A stretch of DNA of 58,039 nt, the filler included, from Sphacelaria rigidula (lineage: Eukaryota): NCBI GenBank assembly GCA_964200075.2. It is 7 parts of 7 records of this genome, joined end to end, with 100 filler letters (N's around TTAATTAATTAA, not from the genome) between each part and the next. Parts side by side here need not be neighbours in the genome. Positions count along the whole stretch, not along the records: positions 1 to 8,207 come from CAXNAA020011918.1; positions 8,308 to 16,513 come from CAXNAA020011919.1; 5 more parts are not named here. One strand, 5' to 3'. The notes under the pieces are model-generated. The model did no database searches and was not told where the DNA came from. It saw only the letters and a program-made list of their open reading frames with translations. A program made the translations under genes and the position numbers. Shown one piece after another: positions 1 through 13,500 of the stretch (positions are counted from its first letter, which is position 1; the number at the start of each line of letters is the position of its first letter).

Positions 1-1682
1 GGAACGGTGCTCCGTCTCGAAAGGGATGCATGGTCACTGGTCAAACGATTAAGGCAAGCAACAAATGAGTACGCCCCCCCCCCCCCCGAACCAATCCCAA
101 AGTCATCACGAAGAGAAGAATCCGTACAGCGCATGGTTACTGGTTTCACTCTGCACGAAGCGCCTCACATGGGCGACATTAGTGAAGACGACCCCAAGCG
201 TGGAAATTTCCAGCTGCTCGCTGTGCTCGGCTTTTGTCGTTTTTCGATTTCCTGTAGATTTTGTCTCCTCAAAACTGGCTACTTTTTTTGTGGGGGCTAT
301 CGCGGCATCAGTGTACCTGAGCCTTCCATTGTTGTAGGGCAGGTCGTAAAGGTCGGAATTCGAGTGTGCTGTCTACCGAAGGCTCAGCGACATACAACCT
401 TGGGCGGAGACAGGGGTTTGTGAGCAGGACCAGCGCACCGCGGCGGTTCCATGCGTGGTGCTTGTGTGCGCGTCATCGTGTGTTCATCGTGCCCGATTGC
501 CTGCTGGGGGTTGAGTGTAAGTTTCAATATCCGCGAACCTCCGGCCGGAAATTAAAACAGTACTCGACCGCGCCCGAATGCCTCGCCTACAGTACGTACG
601 TCCCGTCCGCCGAATTCGCCACGCCCTTGAGATGATGAGCAATAGGAAGAACAGCTTAGTTTCCGAAAGAAGCAAACAGCTCAGTTGTGAGTGTGTGGTC
701 GGCATGTATGTACTACTGTGCCGTTGGCACGATTGCGGGTACTGTATTGCACTGTACGGTTGTGAGTATCAAGCGTTAATGTCGCTTGCCCTGACTATTG
801 TGCGGTGTAGTGTATTCTAGTGTAATGCACCGTATGTGACGCGCGCGTGTGAACGGCAACATACATCTACTTCGTTCTCTGGAGGACTTTTCTCTTCAAG
901 AGTGGTCCACCATGAAGAGTCATACCGGATCTCTGGCTGAAAAAAAAAAAGATGGGAAGACTGTTGGCCGTCGGGCGCTAGCAAGTTTACGGTTATAACC
1001 CGCGCAGAGGGTATGTACTGTACGTGTACCGCTTAAAATCTGTCGAAAACAGCTCTTTTTGGTCAAGCAGTTACGTGAGCAAGGGGTTGGTGACCACGGG
1101 ACACGGCGCACATTATGTCAACGGGAGTGGGGCCGGCGAACAGATGAGAGCTGTTGGCTCAGCTGTAGGGTCGAGGTAATGAGCGTCGATGATCAGGCGG
1201 AGATTTTGTTCCGAGAAGCGGTTAGGCACCACAAAAGTTACTCACGTAAGCCACAACAGCGACCACCGCGTGTGGCGCCCTAAGCAACGCATCTGCCACC
1301 GACCTCTCGCCGTTGAACTCTTGCCCCCCCCTGGCCCGGCGAAAACCCGGCGTGCTCCGTCTCGGCTTTGTAGGGGCGGACCCCCGATGGGGTTGGCGTT
1401 GGTTGATGACGATATGAAACACGCCACTCACTGCGTAATCTAGGCAACCAGGTGACCATATTTTTTGCCCGTTTGCGTTTTTTTTTGCGGTAACCGTGAT
1501 GGTGGTCGAGCTGAATCACGTTGTGCGGCGTGGGAGAACCTCAACCCCGCACAATGGGGATGATCGTACTACGTAGTGTTTGCATGGTGAGACACCCATG
1601 AGGCAGTGTAGAAGCCGTGGTTGTATCTGGCAGCGGCGATACCAGAAAATGAAGCAACTCATCGTGGGCTGTCATCCAAATG

Positions 1683-1895
1683 CAAGATAATCAGCACGCT
1701 TCGGGCCGAACAATCTTGGCACGATGCAGCTCATGCTTCATGCGACTCGCCGAACACGTCACGGTGCTTCGCGCTTGGTCATTGAGTGCGCGCCTGGTCC
1801 CGCGACAAAAATCCGGCGTGCTCCGTCCCGGCGAGATCAATGGTCTTCTGACTACGGCATGCATGATCATGAGTACATCCCCCCCCCCTCCCCCC
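1683..1895 (+). repeat. ~210-bp dispersed repeat ending in CATGAGTAC plus a C-tract (family A), full copy
   Basis: Aligns by eye along its length with 5268-5477(-) and 12156-12375(-). Partial or variant copies are at 4-88(+), 1332-1375(+), 10690-10785(-), 11864-11920(-), 13660-13780(+) and 16436-16513(-). Confidence 0.85.
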
Positions 1896-2928
1896 GTGTT
1901 GGACATGTGGGTGTAGTTGTGGATAAAGTGTCCCGGGCGCAGGCTGTTGCTGAACCATGTTGATCTGTGTGATTTACACACCTTGAACAGTAGTTCACAT
2001 TGTCATGAAGTGTACTGCGTGCAGCATTGAATACTGCCTGTGTCGCAGTAGACGCAATATTCGATACTGTATGCAAAACATTTTTTTGACAACGTGATCT
2101 ATTGTCACTACAGCATCCAGGGTGTCGTGATTTCATGGTTGCATCACGGCAAATTTTATCGTTTTGTTGTGTCGTACTGTAGTCTCCCTCTCCAGCCCCC
2201 CTCTGACCTTGGTGACTTTTCAAGACAAGTGTCTCGTTTTGAAGCCACACTACCCTCTTGTGTACCCATAGACCGGTCGTGTTTGATTCCCTTGCTTACC
2301 TCCATTTCCTTTCTCGAACGTGGTACTGATACTATCATCATCCAGGATTTGTTGTTGTGTTTTGTGAGATTCCTGTTGATTCTATCTGAACATGCATACA
2401 TGCATGTCACAAGTGTTACTCGAACATTGGAACAAGGCTATTGGGTTCGCTCCCGTAAATGAGGTGGATTGTGTTTTATTTGGTCAAGTCACTCAAGGGT
2501 CGGTGGTAGTCCTCGATCGTGTCCTCCCTTCCTCCTCCTCCTTTACGGGATAAGGATTAGGTACTACGGTAGTAGAACGAATGACGAATCAAATCATGCC
2601 CCTGTGGGGAAGGAAGGTTGGCGAACTCACGCGAAGTCATAGTCGAGTTTGTGCTGGAAAATGACGTCCTTGTGTGCACTCCTACCCATCTTGGGTGACA
2701 CGCAGTGTCGTTGAGTCATCATCTAGAGCTTGATTTTGTTCGTCTTTGAGCATACACACCGTGGTTTTTCTTAAAAACTTCCTGCGTTCAAAATCTCACG
2801 CTGGGGTTTCTCGCATCTGCACCGCCACCATATAATCCGTGCACCAGACAACCCACCTCTCTTACCCCTCACGCAACAATCTCCCCCTCCTTTACCTAAT
2901 TTCTGGACATAACGATTGATACTCGCAG

Positions 2929-4390
2929 CTTTTGGGCGAGAACCAGCAGGAGTGTCCAACATGGCTGGCTTCCATGGCTTCGTATGGAGGCGGCGGAGGC
3001 GGCGGCGGAGGCAGGCGTGCGCGTGGGGGTGGGGGCAGGGGTAACCGCAACTTCGGCGCGAGAGATTTCCGCAAGGACGGAGGTGGTGGCGGCGGAGGGG
3101 GCGGAGGAGGTGATGAACGTAGTGACATTTGATACACGTCATATTTATATGTTGATTTTTGGATATGCCCGTGCTCTCGTCTTGTATTCCTGCATGACAT
3201 GTGTCATGCTCCGCATTATGCAGTCATTGATGGAGTGGTGCTGGCTGACGTCGATGGGTCAGCTGAGTTCGTTGCCTGGCTAGTTGCTCTCTGTTCCCCC
3301 CTCCCGCTTCTCCCCCCTCAGCATACGGGGAAAGCTCGAGAGAGGAACACTCCACCTCTAGCTAAAGGAACTCGACCTCTCTCTCACGTATGGCTACGTA
3401 CGTGAGACGGTACAGTAGATTAGGCGGGCTCTCGTACATGTAACGCGTGTGTTTCACACTCTGGACAACAATATATGGTCAACAGTTGCGCGTGTATGTA
3501 CTGTCGTGGGTTGGTGACGACTTTATTTCCCAGCCAATATGTGAAAAACTAAGCCGCACACAGGGCCGAGTGTAACACCCCCGACATGCAGGTTTCCGAC
3601 GGAACAAGTCTCAAAGACGATTATTTTCTCGCCCATCCCTCGCCCATTTTTTTCTGCGCAGCTTTGGTGCCCCGCTTTCGTAGGCTTCATGGATGAGAGC
3701 TCATACCCAAAATATCGTGGCCGAAATAGATGACCTGCAATCTGTTCTCACGGCTCCCCCCCCCCTCCCCGGGTGGGTTTGAAAACGCGTGTTTGTGCGC
3801 CAGACCTTTTTCGCCTAAGGTTATGTTGCTGAAGTAGCTGACATTATTTTTTGCGAGGAATAGCATACGTTATCCTCCACCCACGCCACGCCACCCTCCA
3901 CGTTCTCGGGACGGATTGTTCTTGATGTAAAAGAAACAACTGATGTACATTCCAATACTTGCCATGGGGTACCCCATATCGGTTCAGTCCAGTTGAAAAG
4001 TATGACATCCTCTTTGAGAACCAAAGAGCCATGTGTATCAAAAATCGAATTCGAGTCCGATTTCCATTTTGATTTCGTCTTCTTTACTTTTTCTCCCTCA
4101 TCTCGCCTAAAGACACTTTTTCACCGCGTAAATAATACGTTTGCTGTTTTCAGTCACCAAAGCATCTACACTCGAGGTTATTTAATGCCTGAGCTTGCCC
4201 CCCCCCCTACGTCCTCGCTCTCTACCCTATATTTACAGGACATCGCGGAGCCCCAGTGAGCGGTGGCTACGGATATGGCGGAGGCGGCGGATATGGCGGC
4301 GGCGGCGGCGGCGGCGGATACGGTGGCGGGGGGTATGGAGGTGGCAGCCGCGGAGGAGGTGGCAGCTACTCTGGCACGGATGCCTGGTGA
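2929..4390 (+). CDS. DDX3: DEAD-box RNA helicase, Ded1/DDX3 subfamily, last two coding exons (2929-3109, 4239-4390); upstream exons lie outside the contig
   Basis: Exon 2929-3109 follows cag and reads LLGENQQECPTWLASMASYGGG...RNFGARDFRKDGGG. This matches the end of the helicase core (LL.E..QE.P.WL) and the FG.RD[FY]R tail motif of Ded1/DDX3. A phase-1 intron (G|gtgatg...ttacag|GA) joins in frame to a Gly/Tyr-rich exon ending SYSGTDAW-TGA, consistent with the terminal Trp of this subfamily. Confidence 0.8.
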
Positions 4391-5267
4391 AGCGACAGAC
4401 ACGAAGCCAAACATGAAGGGGTGGGGGGTGGCTGCTCGACTGATTGAGGGGAGCTGAAGTGAGCTGCTGTTGGAGTGGGGGGGAAAGAGCTGGATAGGGG
4501 TTGGGTTGATTTAGTTGGTTGATAGTTGGGACGGGTGGGTGGGTTGGTGGGTGGTTGGTTGGTTCTCAGAGTCGACTCTCTGTTGCTGCTGTTATTTGTG
4601 AAGGCAGGGCCGAGAGGTGCCGACATGCAGACTGTCCGTATGTGATGTTTTATTATGATGCCAGAAAGCGCGTTGTTTAGATCGCCTAGTGGATTTCCAC
4701 CAGTGTTGACTTGGTTTTGCACTCGAATCGGGAGAGATGCTCTGCGGTTGCCCTTCCTACTTGTTTGTGTGCTGTTGCCGCCGCGACTGCTGCTGTGATT
4801 TCTATGTCTTTGGCGTCTGTCGCTAGCCGACGACGTGTCCCGTGTGTTTGTTTCCTGCGCGAGCGAAGTTGGAAGTTTCCGTGTGTGTGTGTGTGTTTTT
4901 TTTTCTGTTCTTTGTCGTCGTCCGTCTGCGACTGGGAAGTTAGCGCGAGAAACAACAAACCGCTCGCTACTTTTGTGAGGGAGTAGCACCAAAACGGGAT
5001 GGGGTGGTGGGGTCGGGTTATGTATGTGGGTTATTCGATGGCGGTACTTACCCCCTGGCGAGAGTGAATCGGGGCTGAGGTGACACGGCGACATGATTGC
5101 CGCGAGAGTTCTGCATTTGTTTCGAATCCGCATCTGGGGAAGCGAAGATGGCATCGATGTTTTTGATTTGGGTCTGTCATCTTGTCGGGCTTGAAAAATT
5201 GAGGGTGGGAAGGGGTTGGGGGGGGCTAGGATGTGTAGTTTGTTATAGCCGCTGCCAGCGAGGATCT

Positions 5268-5477
5268 GGGGGGTGTACTCATGATTTTGCATTCCCTAGT
5301 CATGAAACTATTGAGCTCGCATCCCTACAACGTTGGGACGGTGCACGCCGGGTTTGCACCGGACCAGCCTCGTACTCAATGACGAAGCGCGAAGCGCCGT
5401 GACGTGTTTGACGAGTCGCATGAAGGGTGAGCTGTATCCTGCCAAGATTGGTCGGCCCGAGGCCTACTGATTATCTT
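5268..5477 (-). repeat. family A dispersed repeat, full copy
   Basis: Reverse complement reads aagataatcag...cgggccgaccaatcttggcaggat...catgcgactcg...catgagtacacccccc, colinear with 1683-1895. Confidence 0.85.
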
Positions 5478-8207
5478 CCATATGGATGAAAGCCTTGAAT
5501 GAGCTGCCTCATTCTCTGGTATCGCTACATCCAGAGACAGCGCGGAGTGGGCGAGTGGAAACTGTGTGGAGCTTCCCAGTTGCTAAACACACGGTCACTG
5601 AAAGCATGACTGTTGACGGTCAAAACAGGCGGTGGACTCGGATCTCGAGATTTTGTTTAGAGTTGCTTTTTTTGTATGTGAGAAGAGGTACGCGCGGAGG
5701 GGTCGAGGCTCGTCTAGTACTTCCACGAGCGGATACGGACTCGTCGTCGCTTCTCGCGCCGCCAGGTCCCGTTCGATGTGGTGGATTTTTGCTGGCTGCA
5801 CATGCCTCGACGTTGCTGTGCCCCCACATACTGTAGCGGTTTATTGGAGCTTTTTTTTTCTTTTTACTAAATTACAGTACACGTGTCCAATGGTTTGGTT
5901 TGGACGCAAGACCCAGCAATCAAAGGTGGGTAGATGGGAGGGGAAGGAAACTGTGGCAAAGATGCACCTGACACAGTGATACGTAACGATGGATTGTGTC
6001 GTCTTGTGGTCCGTGTTGTTTCGTTCCGTTTTGATTGGATTCGATCGGATTCGATCGGAACTCGCGATGCGGTTTGGTTCGACCTTTGGATTTGATCCCG
6101 TTTCCTCTTTTTTCGTCTTGTGTTCTCGTGTGTGTTTGTGTCCTTTTCAAGGAGTAAGTAGTACTAGGTCTCCGCTTTACTCGTCGCCCTATTTGCAAGG
6201 GCCGGCATGTATACCCTGATTGGTTTGTATGCAAAAAGCCGTTGTTTCCCGTGAGGAATGAAATGTGATACAGAGCAGCGGGAGAGCCGGAGAAAACGGT
6301 CACGCCGGCCGAAGCAGACGTACTTATCTGGACAAAATCGCTGTATTGCATGTTCGGCCTCTCCGAGGGACCGGCCCCGTGACTTCCGCGACGTTGGAAC
6401 GAGGCAGGTCAGGTGTTGAACGAAGCACGAGCGGAAATTATCTCAGTCTGCGTTGCCTTAGTCAACACTCACACTTCGAAAGTGAACAGGGATAGGCCCA
6501 GGGGTGCACGGTATTAGGTATATGCGAACGAGTGGGAAATGAACGTGACCAGAAACTTGGTTGCCACTTTTATCTCTCTCTCGGGACGAGCTGTAACTGG
6601 TAATTGTTCTGATTTGAGGATGGCGACTGTGCACTGGTTATAGCTATTACTGTCCCGTTTTGGATAGGGAAGGGGGGGCGGGACGGGCGGGGGGGGGGGA
6701 GACCAAACGTTCAGCTGGGCGAGGCAAGAAGACATGAGGTGGAGCGGAAACATGTGGATTGAGACAAGAGACTGAAAAATAACGCACAATATATTTTCCC
6801 CACTCCTTTGGGAGCGAGCTCCACCGACTGTACTGTATCTTGTCGTCCGCTATGTTGCGACTCGTATCCCTTCTCCCCATCCGCGCACCGTACAGATGGA
6901 ACTAGTTATAGAGCAATGATCTTGTCTGCAAAAATTGAAGAACGCAACAAGGCAAGAACTGAAGGGAACGAATGTTTGGGGGTATTAGGGGGCGGCGTGG
7001 GGGGCATATGCCGACAGGCCTCTTGTTTATTGCGTGCGGTGTTTCTGCACCGGTGTGAAGATTCCACGTGCGCAGCCTATTATTGCGTTTGGGTGTGTTT
7101 GAATTCTCGGTTCGGTGGGTGTGTCAACGTATGGGAATCTTGAAATGCCAATGTACGTGCAGACTTCTGGTGTTGTCTTCTCACTCTCTGGAATAACGCG
7201 TTTTTTTTTTTGATTGAAAGATGACGGGGAACGGGTGGGGGATGGGTGGGCGGACGGGCGGGTAAGATTTTTTTTCATTCCTGCTGTCTAGTCATGAATG
7301 CAAGCCGTGTTTTTCTTCCACCGAGTGTAGTGGCCGGTGGGTCTATGTGCATGAGTCCGTGCGTGCTGCTTGATGTTTGCTCAAGGACCAAGACCGAAAC
7401 AGTAAACTGTTGTGCGGAAACATGTGTTGTTTGAGGAAGTAAATTGCAGTCCCATCAAAGCTCGTCTCGTGCCATGCGATGAGAGATCAAAAATGAGTGC
7501 GCGTGGCACCAAACGTGTAAGGGAGAGCTAGTGTCTTACTATTTCACGTACATTCACTATGGACACGTAATTTTATTCGTTGTAGTGGTCAGTGCTGGGC
7601 GTGCAGGAAAGAAGAGCTCATGATGTCGTGTGATGTCGCTTCATAATGCAAGATGCTGGTCTTCTTGTTGATTTATCTCTGCCTACTTTTTTGTGTCAGG
7701 ATTCATCCTGATTACGTCCTCGCCCATGATCAGGAGACAAGAAGGGCTTGTGCCGGGGATGCTCCGTTTTTCTGTTTTTCCATCTTCCGCAGTCAGTTTC
7801 ACTTTTTGGACTCGTGTCACTGCTTGTCCCACAAAATCATAACCCAGCTGCAACATCGTTGGTGTCTTCTCCATCATAAGAGTCATCGCTCCTGTAAAGT
7901 TGCACTGCTACCCTAACTTCAGACTACAGTAGACTACGATATTCCCTCTATGATGGATGGAAAACAGATTCTGCCTTCTGCCTTGTTATTTTTCGTGATT
8001 TCTCGTGTGACGTGTTAGGGCGTGTCTTGGCACTTTTTTTTCGATCGACAAAGTGCGATCAAAGTTTTTTCTGCCCATCTGAGAGGTCCACAGCATTTAT
8101 GGTCCTCAAAGGCTTCAACTCAAAGTTATAATTAGCGGCGCGCGGAGAAGAATGCAACGAGTGAAAACACATTTTTTTTCGATCGAAAACATGCAGTCGA
8201 AAGGCAC

Positions 8208-8307
8208 NNNNNNNNNNNNNNNNNNNNNNNNNNNNNNNNNNNNNNNNNNNNTTAATTAATTAANNNNNNNNNNNNNNNNNNNNNNNNNNNNNNNNNNNNN
8301 NNNNNNN
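8208..8307. other. artificial contig linker (N44-TTAATTAATTAA-N44)
   Basis: 100-bp spacer whose core has stop codons in all six frames; repeated identically six times in the window. Confidence 0.98.
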
Positions 8308-8824
8308 TTGCCGCCCCCCCACACACAAAAACGAAAAATCACCCCCCCCCCCCCCCCCCCCCCTATACTCGTTTCGCAATCATCCACACATACTCTTATA
8401 CTTCCGCCTACAATTACCTCTTGTAGAACGGCACAGGGAACGACTCGAATGAAGCAAACCAAACGACGAGAAACTACATCACGTCAGTCGGTGTGTCCAT
8501 TGCACGCAATGCTCTGTTCAAGAAATATCAAGCGTACTGCCATTTAGTGAGCAACAAATATAGCATTCTCTTCTAGCGTGCTCGTGTAGCAATGTAAAAC
8601 ACACACGCAGTGTCCCAAAACGTTCTCACTAAAACTCTGAGGCAGATTTTTTCTCTACGCAAAGAGCAAAGTTTAATATGAGGTGCAGATCGTACCTCCA
8701 CAACGGCGGTGCTCATGATGCTACCGGAAATTTGTGAGAAATATGTAGTTATGGGCATGCCCGTTGTGAAAAAAAAACGCGCAATTCTGACATTTTTCAG
8801 GACGAAATTGCTCATATTTTCATA

Positions 8825-8954
8825 CCCTGGACAAAAAAATACACGGTCGAAAAATGTACTGCGTGCAGTAAGGAATATAATGTCTATTGCAATAGACAAT
8901 AGATTCCATACTGTACGCAGTACATTTTTCGACCGTGTATTCTTTTGTCCAGGG
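8825..8954. mobile_element. 130-bp hairpin MITE (near-perfect palindrome) flanked by TA
   Basis: ccctggacaaaaaaatacacggtcgaaaaatgtactgcgtgcagta...tactgtacgcagtacatttttcgaccgtgtattcttttgtccaggg, with TA at 8823-8824 and 8955-8956. Degenerate relatives are at 9618-9745 and 1981-2122. Confidence 0.85.
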
Positions 8955-9617
8955 TACGCATATTTTGCGCGGGTTATGCGAATAATGTTTTGATTTGTTT
9001 CTCTAGAGTTATCCATTTTTTTCATGATTTCGACCTTTACTTGCCCACCACCTACCACGACCATGATGGACTCTTCCGTACAAACATCCCCACATAAAAA
9101 AAACGGGCAGCCAAATCAATCAAATACAATCGATGACATGGCTGCAGACAAGTACACAGTAGGCATGACAGGAACAAATTACACGTATTATTACGGAGAT
9201 GCTCGAGTGTCCGATAAATTCAGACATATGGGGCATCGGCAAAAAATCTAGATCCACAGGGGCAGGGGGGGGGGGGGGGGGATCATCGCACTAAACAAAG
9301 GGGGTCTTGAGGTGTGCTGCACAAACTCACACGATCATACGCTTGTATGTGGTTCCAACCGTAGTCAAGCGGTGTAAATGCGTGTTATGTTGACTCCGAG
9401 AGCACTCCACCAACAATCGCGGCTTGCGGTGACGCTTGGGGATGGGCAGGAAGCGGCTCGTGCAAAATGTGACTTCAAACATACCCATTAGAAGGGTCAC
9501 TTGCAGAGAGGTACCACCAGCGTGGAAAAACATAAGGATGCCTTGAAGGCCGACCCACGAATATGGCAGTCCAGAAAACTACACAAAAAAAGCACGAGCC
9601 GTCGGCATGACACCACA

Positions 9618-9745
9618 CCCTGGACAAAACATTATGTTGTAAAAAAATTACTGCGTACAGTATCGAATCTAATGTCTGTTGCAAGAGGCGCAATAGTCAA
9701 TACTGTACGCAGCACACTTTTTGACTGTGTATCCTTTTGTCCAGT
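9618..9745. mobile_element. degenerate copy of the 130-bp hairpin MITE
   Basis: Starts ccctggacaaaa, contains tactgcgtacagta...tactgtacgcagca, and ends tgtgtatccttttgtccag. Confidence 0.75.
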
Positions 9746-10269
9746 TGGTGCATGACACATGACTTGCCAGAACAACGACGAACTGCACTCTCTGAAGAAA
9801 AAAACAAAATCATCGTCGAAGAGTGAAACATGAAACTTTCACGTCCACGCGGCATTTATTTACATCTCAACAAGATAAAAAGGCATTAGGTAGACAACTT
9901 TACACAACCCCAGGACCGTCAGTTACTCATCTCGGAGTAATTTTGTGCTTGGAACGCTACAAGAGCAAGCATGGCCTGAAACAAATAGCCCACGCCTCCA
10001 GGCGTTGATTCGTTTCTTCAAAATAAAAACACAGCAAAATTGGTGCTTGAATAGTGGCGACAGAACAGCACACATCGGCATAACGTACAAACTGTGTGTG
10101 TGTGCGTGAAACCAACTGATCCTTACTTTCCTTTGGCACCAACTGTGCGATAATTACATTACGTGCGAGACCGAAAAATCATAGAGAGCATTGCACCCCT
10201 TGTGTAAAAAATGAACACATACCATTTCTACAAGTGCACCGCCACGGCACCATACATACAACAGTGGAG

Positions 10270-10300
<31 letters not shown>

Positions 10301-10517
10301 GAGAGAGCTTGTTATCCTGTGGCCGCCGAAGAAGAAAAGCGAACGTCGAAACAAAACATAAAACCTCCACAAAAAATACACATGAACGAAACGCGCGCAA
10401 CAGCAATATGTTTCCCACACGAAAAAAACATCAAATTTCATTATTTTATTGAACGAGAGACAAAAGCGCTCCAACCTTCAACTCGTTCAGGTCGGAACAT
10501 GTCGTTCTGACTGTTAC

Positions 10518-13500
10518 CTGGATAGATCGAGTCCCCTGACGGGAAACGTGACGTGATCATCCAGTTTTTGCCGGTAGGCCAGTGAGTTTCCTCGACTGTA
10601 GAATCGTTTGAGCACCACGATTAGTACGTCAGGGACTGTGTACACGTCGAGTTTCTTGTGTGCCTGTGTTGCGCGCAGGTGGGCAGACGGGTGGGTGGGT
10701 CGGTGGGGGCGGGGGAGCGTACTCATTTGTTGCCTTGCCTTAGTCGTCTGACCATTGGCCATGCATCCCTTTCGAGACGGAGCAGGGAAGTGAGCCAATG
10801 TGTGCGCAAAAAAAAAACTAGGGACCAAGACACGGAAAAAGGTAAGAAATGAAGGAAAACCGGATTGTTTCGCACGAATATAGAGACAAAGGGGTGAACA
10901 CAACCAATGGTTGGCCATCCCATGAAACCGGCGAAAAAAAGCTCAACATGCAAAACAACGGTGGCGGTACATCAGTAGGAGCAGCAGTAGTGGTGGTGGT
11001 ACAAGCCCAGCATTTTGATACTATTCTCAACGAGAACAAGAAACGACATCCACTTCATTATTTCGTTTGTTTCAAGAGTTGAGGCATTTTGCAGTTTCCA
11101 TCACGAACAGACAGGGTGCTACTTCCTCTGTCCCATAAGTCAAGTTCGTTATGGAGAATGGGCCGTACCTCGCCAACGGAGGTACTCACGATGTGATGGT
11201 TAGGTTCGTTGAAAATATATAGTTGTGGATATGGCCACTGGAAAATCAAAAATATGATAAACGACCTACAACCTAAGAATCGTCGGGTCAAACATGGACA
11301 AATTCCGACCAAATTGCGTCCAATATGTACATTTTCGGTCGAATTTCGGCGAAGTTGACTTGTTTTGAAGTAACTGAAAGCTGCAATGTAAACAAGTGGC
11401 TTCGTACTAAGCGTAGCTATCGTATGCCAGCGACGGCCCAGAGAAAAAGAGCCAGTTATGCTTTTTTTCGCGATTTTTGCCGTTTTTCGGGTTCCCAGGG
11501 TTCTTCTGGGTTTTTGGAAAAGGGGCGAGATATGGCCATTTTCGGGCCGACTGATCGTTTATCGGCCGTTCGCGTGCGCGAGCTGCTGCGCAAACAGAAG
11601 AACAAGACGTAATGCAACTAAAAAAAACGAAGATTCAAAAAATGTATATCGCCCAAGGCATTGCACACGGTGTAAGGGTCCGTAAGATCATAACGAACGT
11701 AACTTATGGGACAGAGGAAATACGTTGTCAAGACACCGGGATTGCACCGTTGATGGCAACCGCTACCGCCAGCAATTTAGAGCTGCTCACGATTAAGTAC
11801 GGAGTGATGCTACGATATGGGTTGGGCGGGGGTTGGGCAAAAGGCATACTAATTTACATTTATTTGTTGCTTGCCTTAATCGTGTGACCAGTGACCATGC
11901 ATCCCTTTCGAGACGAAGCCCCGTTCCTACTCCTAATAGAGACACCTCTAACATCTGGGCGCTCATTACGTTTCTTCCGCAGCTCATCACGTTTCTTCCA
12001 TACATTACACAAAAATCTTTCACATATATTTTCCCCGTCCTGTTTCGCCGTCTGTGGCTACCATCCATCTCCTAGTATACCCATCGTTTTTTCCCTGCTG
12101 CCTAATGCATTACACGATTTCATGCCACCTTTGTTCACGTCCAACATTTCCTCCTGGGGGAGGGGGGAGGGGGGTATACTCATGGTCATGCATGCCATAG
12201 TCAGGCGACGATTGACCTCGCATCCCCCTACAAAGCCGGGACGGAGCAAGCCGGGTTTTCGCCAGGCCTGGCTCGTAATCAATCCCCAAGGGCGAAGCAC
12301 CGTGATGTGTACGGCGAGTCGCATAAAGGGTGAGCGGCATCCTGCTAAGATTGTCCGGCCCGAAGCGTTTTGAGAATCGTGTGGTAGCGGCGCCGAACTG
12401 ATCAAGAGATCGATTTGATGTTTTGCGGCTGAAGAAGAGAACGGGTATTGTCTGAATACAGCCACCGCACTATTGTGAACGCAAGCTACACGAACAACAA
12501 CATCTCCGGTCAAAGTGCATGAGCGAAGCCATGGCGCGTCTGACGGGTTTGGAAAAAACAACAAAACCCCGCTCAAATCTGAACTTAGCTCACCAAGTAT
12601 CCTACCCGAGCGATAGACGTTCGAACTATCTCGTGTTCTTGTGTTCCATGCTTCCTTCACACTAGTTTCGAAATTTTGAACAATACCTGACGGTGCGCCT
12701 TGCACTTTCCACAGTACCACAGCTCGCTCTGGCCAAGCTGTTCTCGCTCAGTGTACTTGTCAAAGCAGGCCGACAGGGGGATACTGAGACGCTTGTTCTT
12801 TTTCGCCTTGGCCTCGGCCAACGAAGGGTGCTCATCGAACGCGTCCATTTCTTTTACGTCTAGCTCGCTGCTTGTGTATTGTCGTTGTTGTGGTGGTTTG
12901 TTTTTTCGTAGGCAGCAAGCGCAGAACAAACAGGTTGGTTGTAAAAGTTAACAAAAAAAAAAGAGAACAAGAAAAAAAAGCAACTGAAACGGTAAAAAAA
13001 AAAACAAAGTAAAGGAAAGAGGGAAAATGAAAGAGGGAATTAAACCTCACACCACACCCCGTTAATACAAATACAAATTCGTGGAGCCAGAAAAGACTGA
13101 AGTTGAATGATACTATTTAGACCACTTTTCACGGAGACAAAATCCTCAATCCGAAGAAGCACTAATACGTCCAAAACAGTACGGTTCGCGTCATATTCGC
13201 GAAAGGCAAATTTGCAGAGGCCGTGTCATGAGTACACATATTCGTTTCAACAATTCTACACATCAAGGGTCATTTTCTCAAGGGGTAGGTGGGCGCGGGT
13301 GGGGGTGGGGCTCGCTGAATAGTACATGGTACACGCGAGAGTGAATCATCGAACAAGTACAGTGTAGTATCGTTCCTACAGTAGTACTGTACGGCAGTGC
13401 ACTGCAGTACAGCAACGCACTTTACGGCGCAAGGAGGCCTCAGGTACCGTGCGGATTTCGGTACTACACTGCCAGTGCAGTGCGAGTAAGGTACAGACAG

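Noticed and set aside
4366..5292. 308-aa minus-strand ORF
   Set aside because: It is antisense to the probable helicase 3' UTR, low complexity, has no recognisable domain and begins in a repeat.
8252..8263. TTAATTAATTAA as a regulatory or piggyBac-related site
   Set aside because: It is embedded in fixed N runs and repeated identically six times, so it is a synthetic linker.
10154..10474. USP His-box exon (ALYDFSVSH resembles LYDL.AV..H)
   Set aside because: There is no downstream GHY motif, a stop follows immediately, and the ORF runs through a (GA)n microsatellite.
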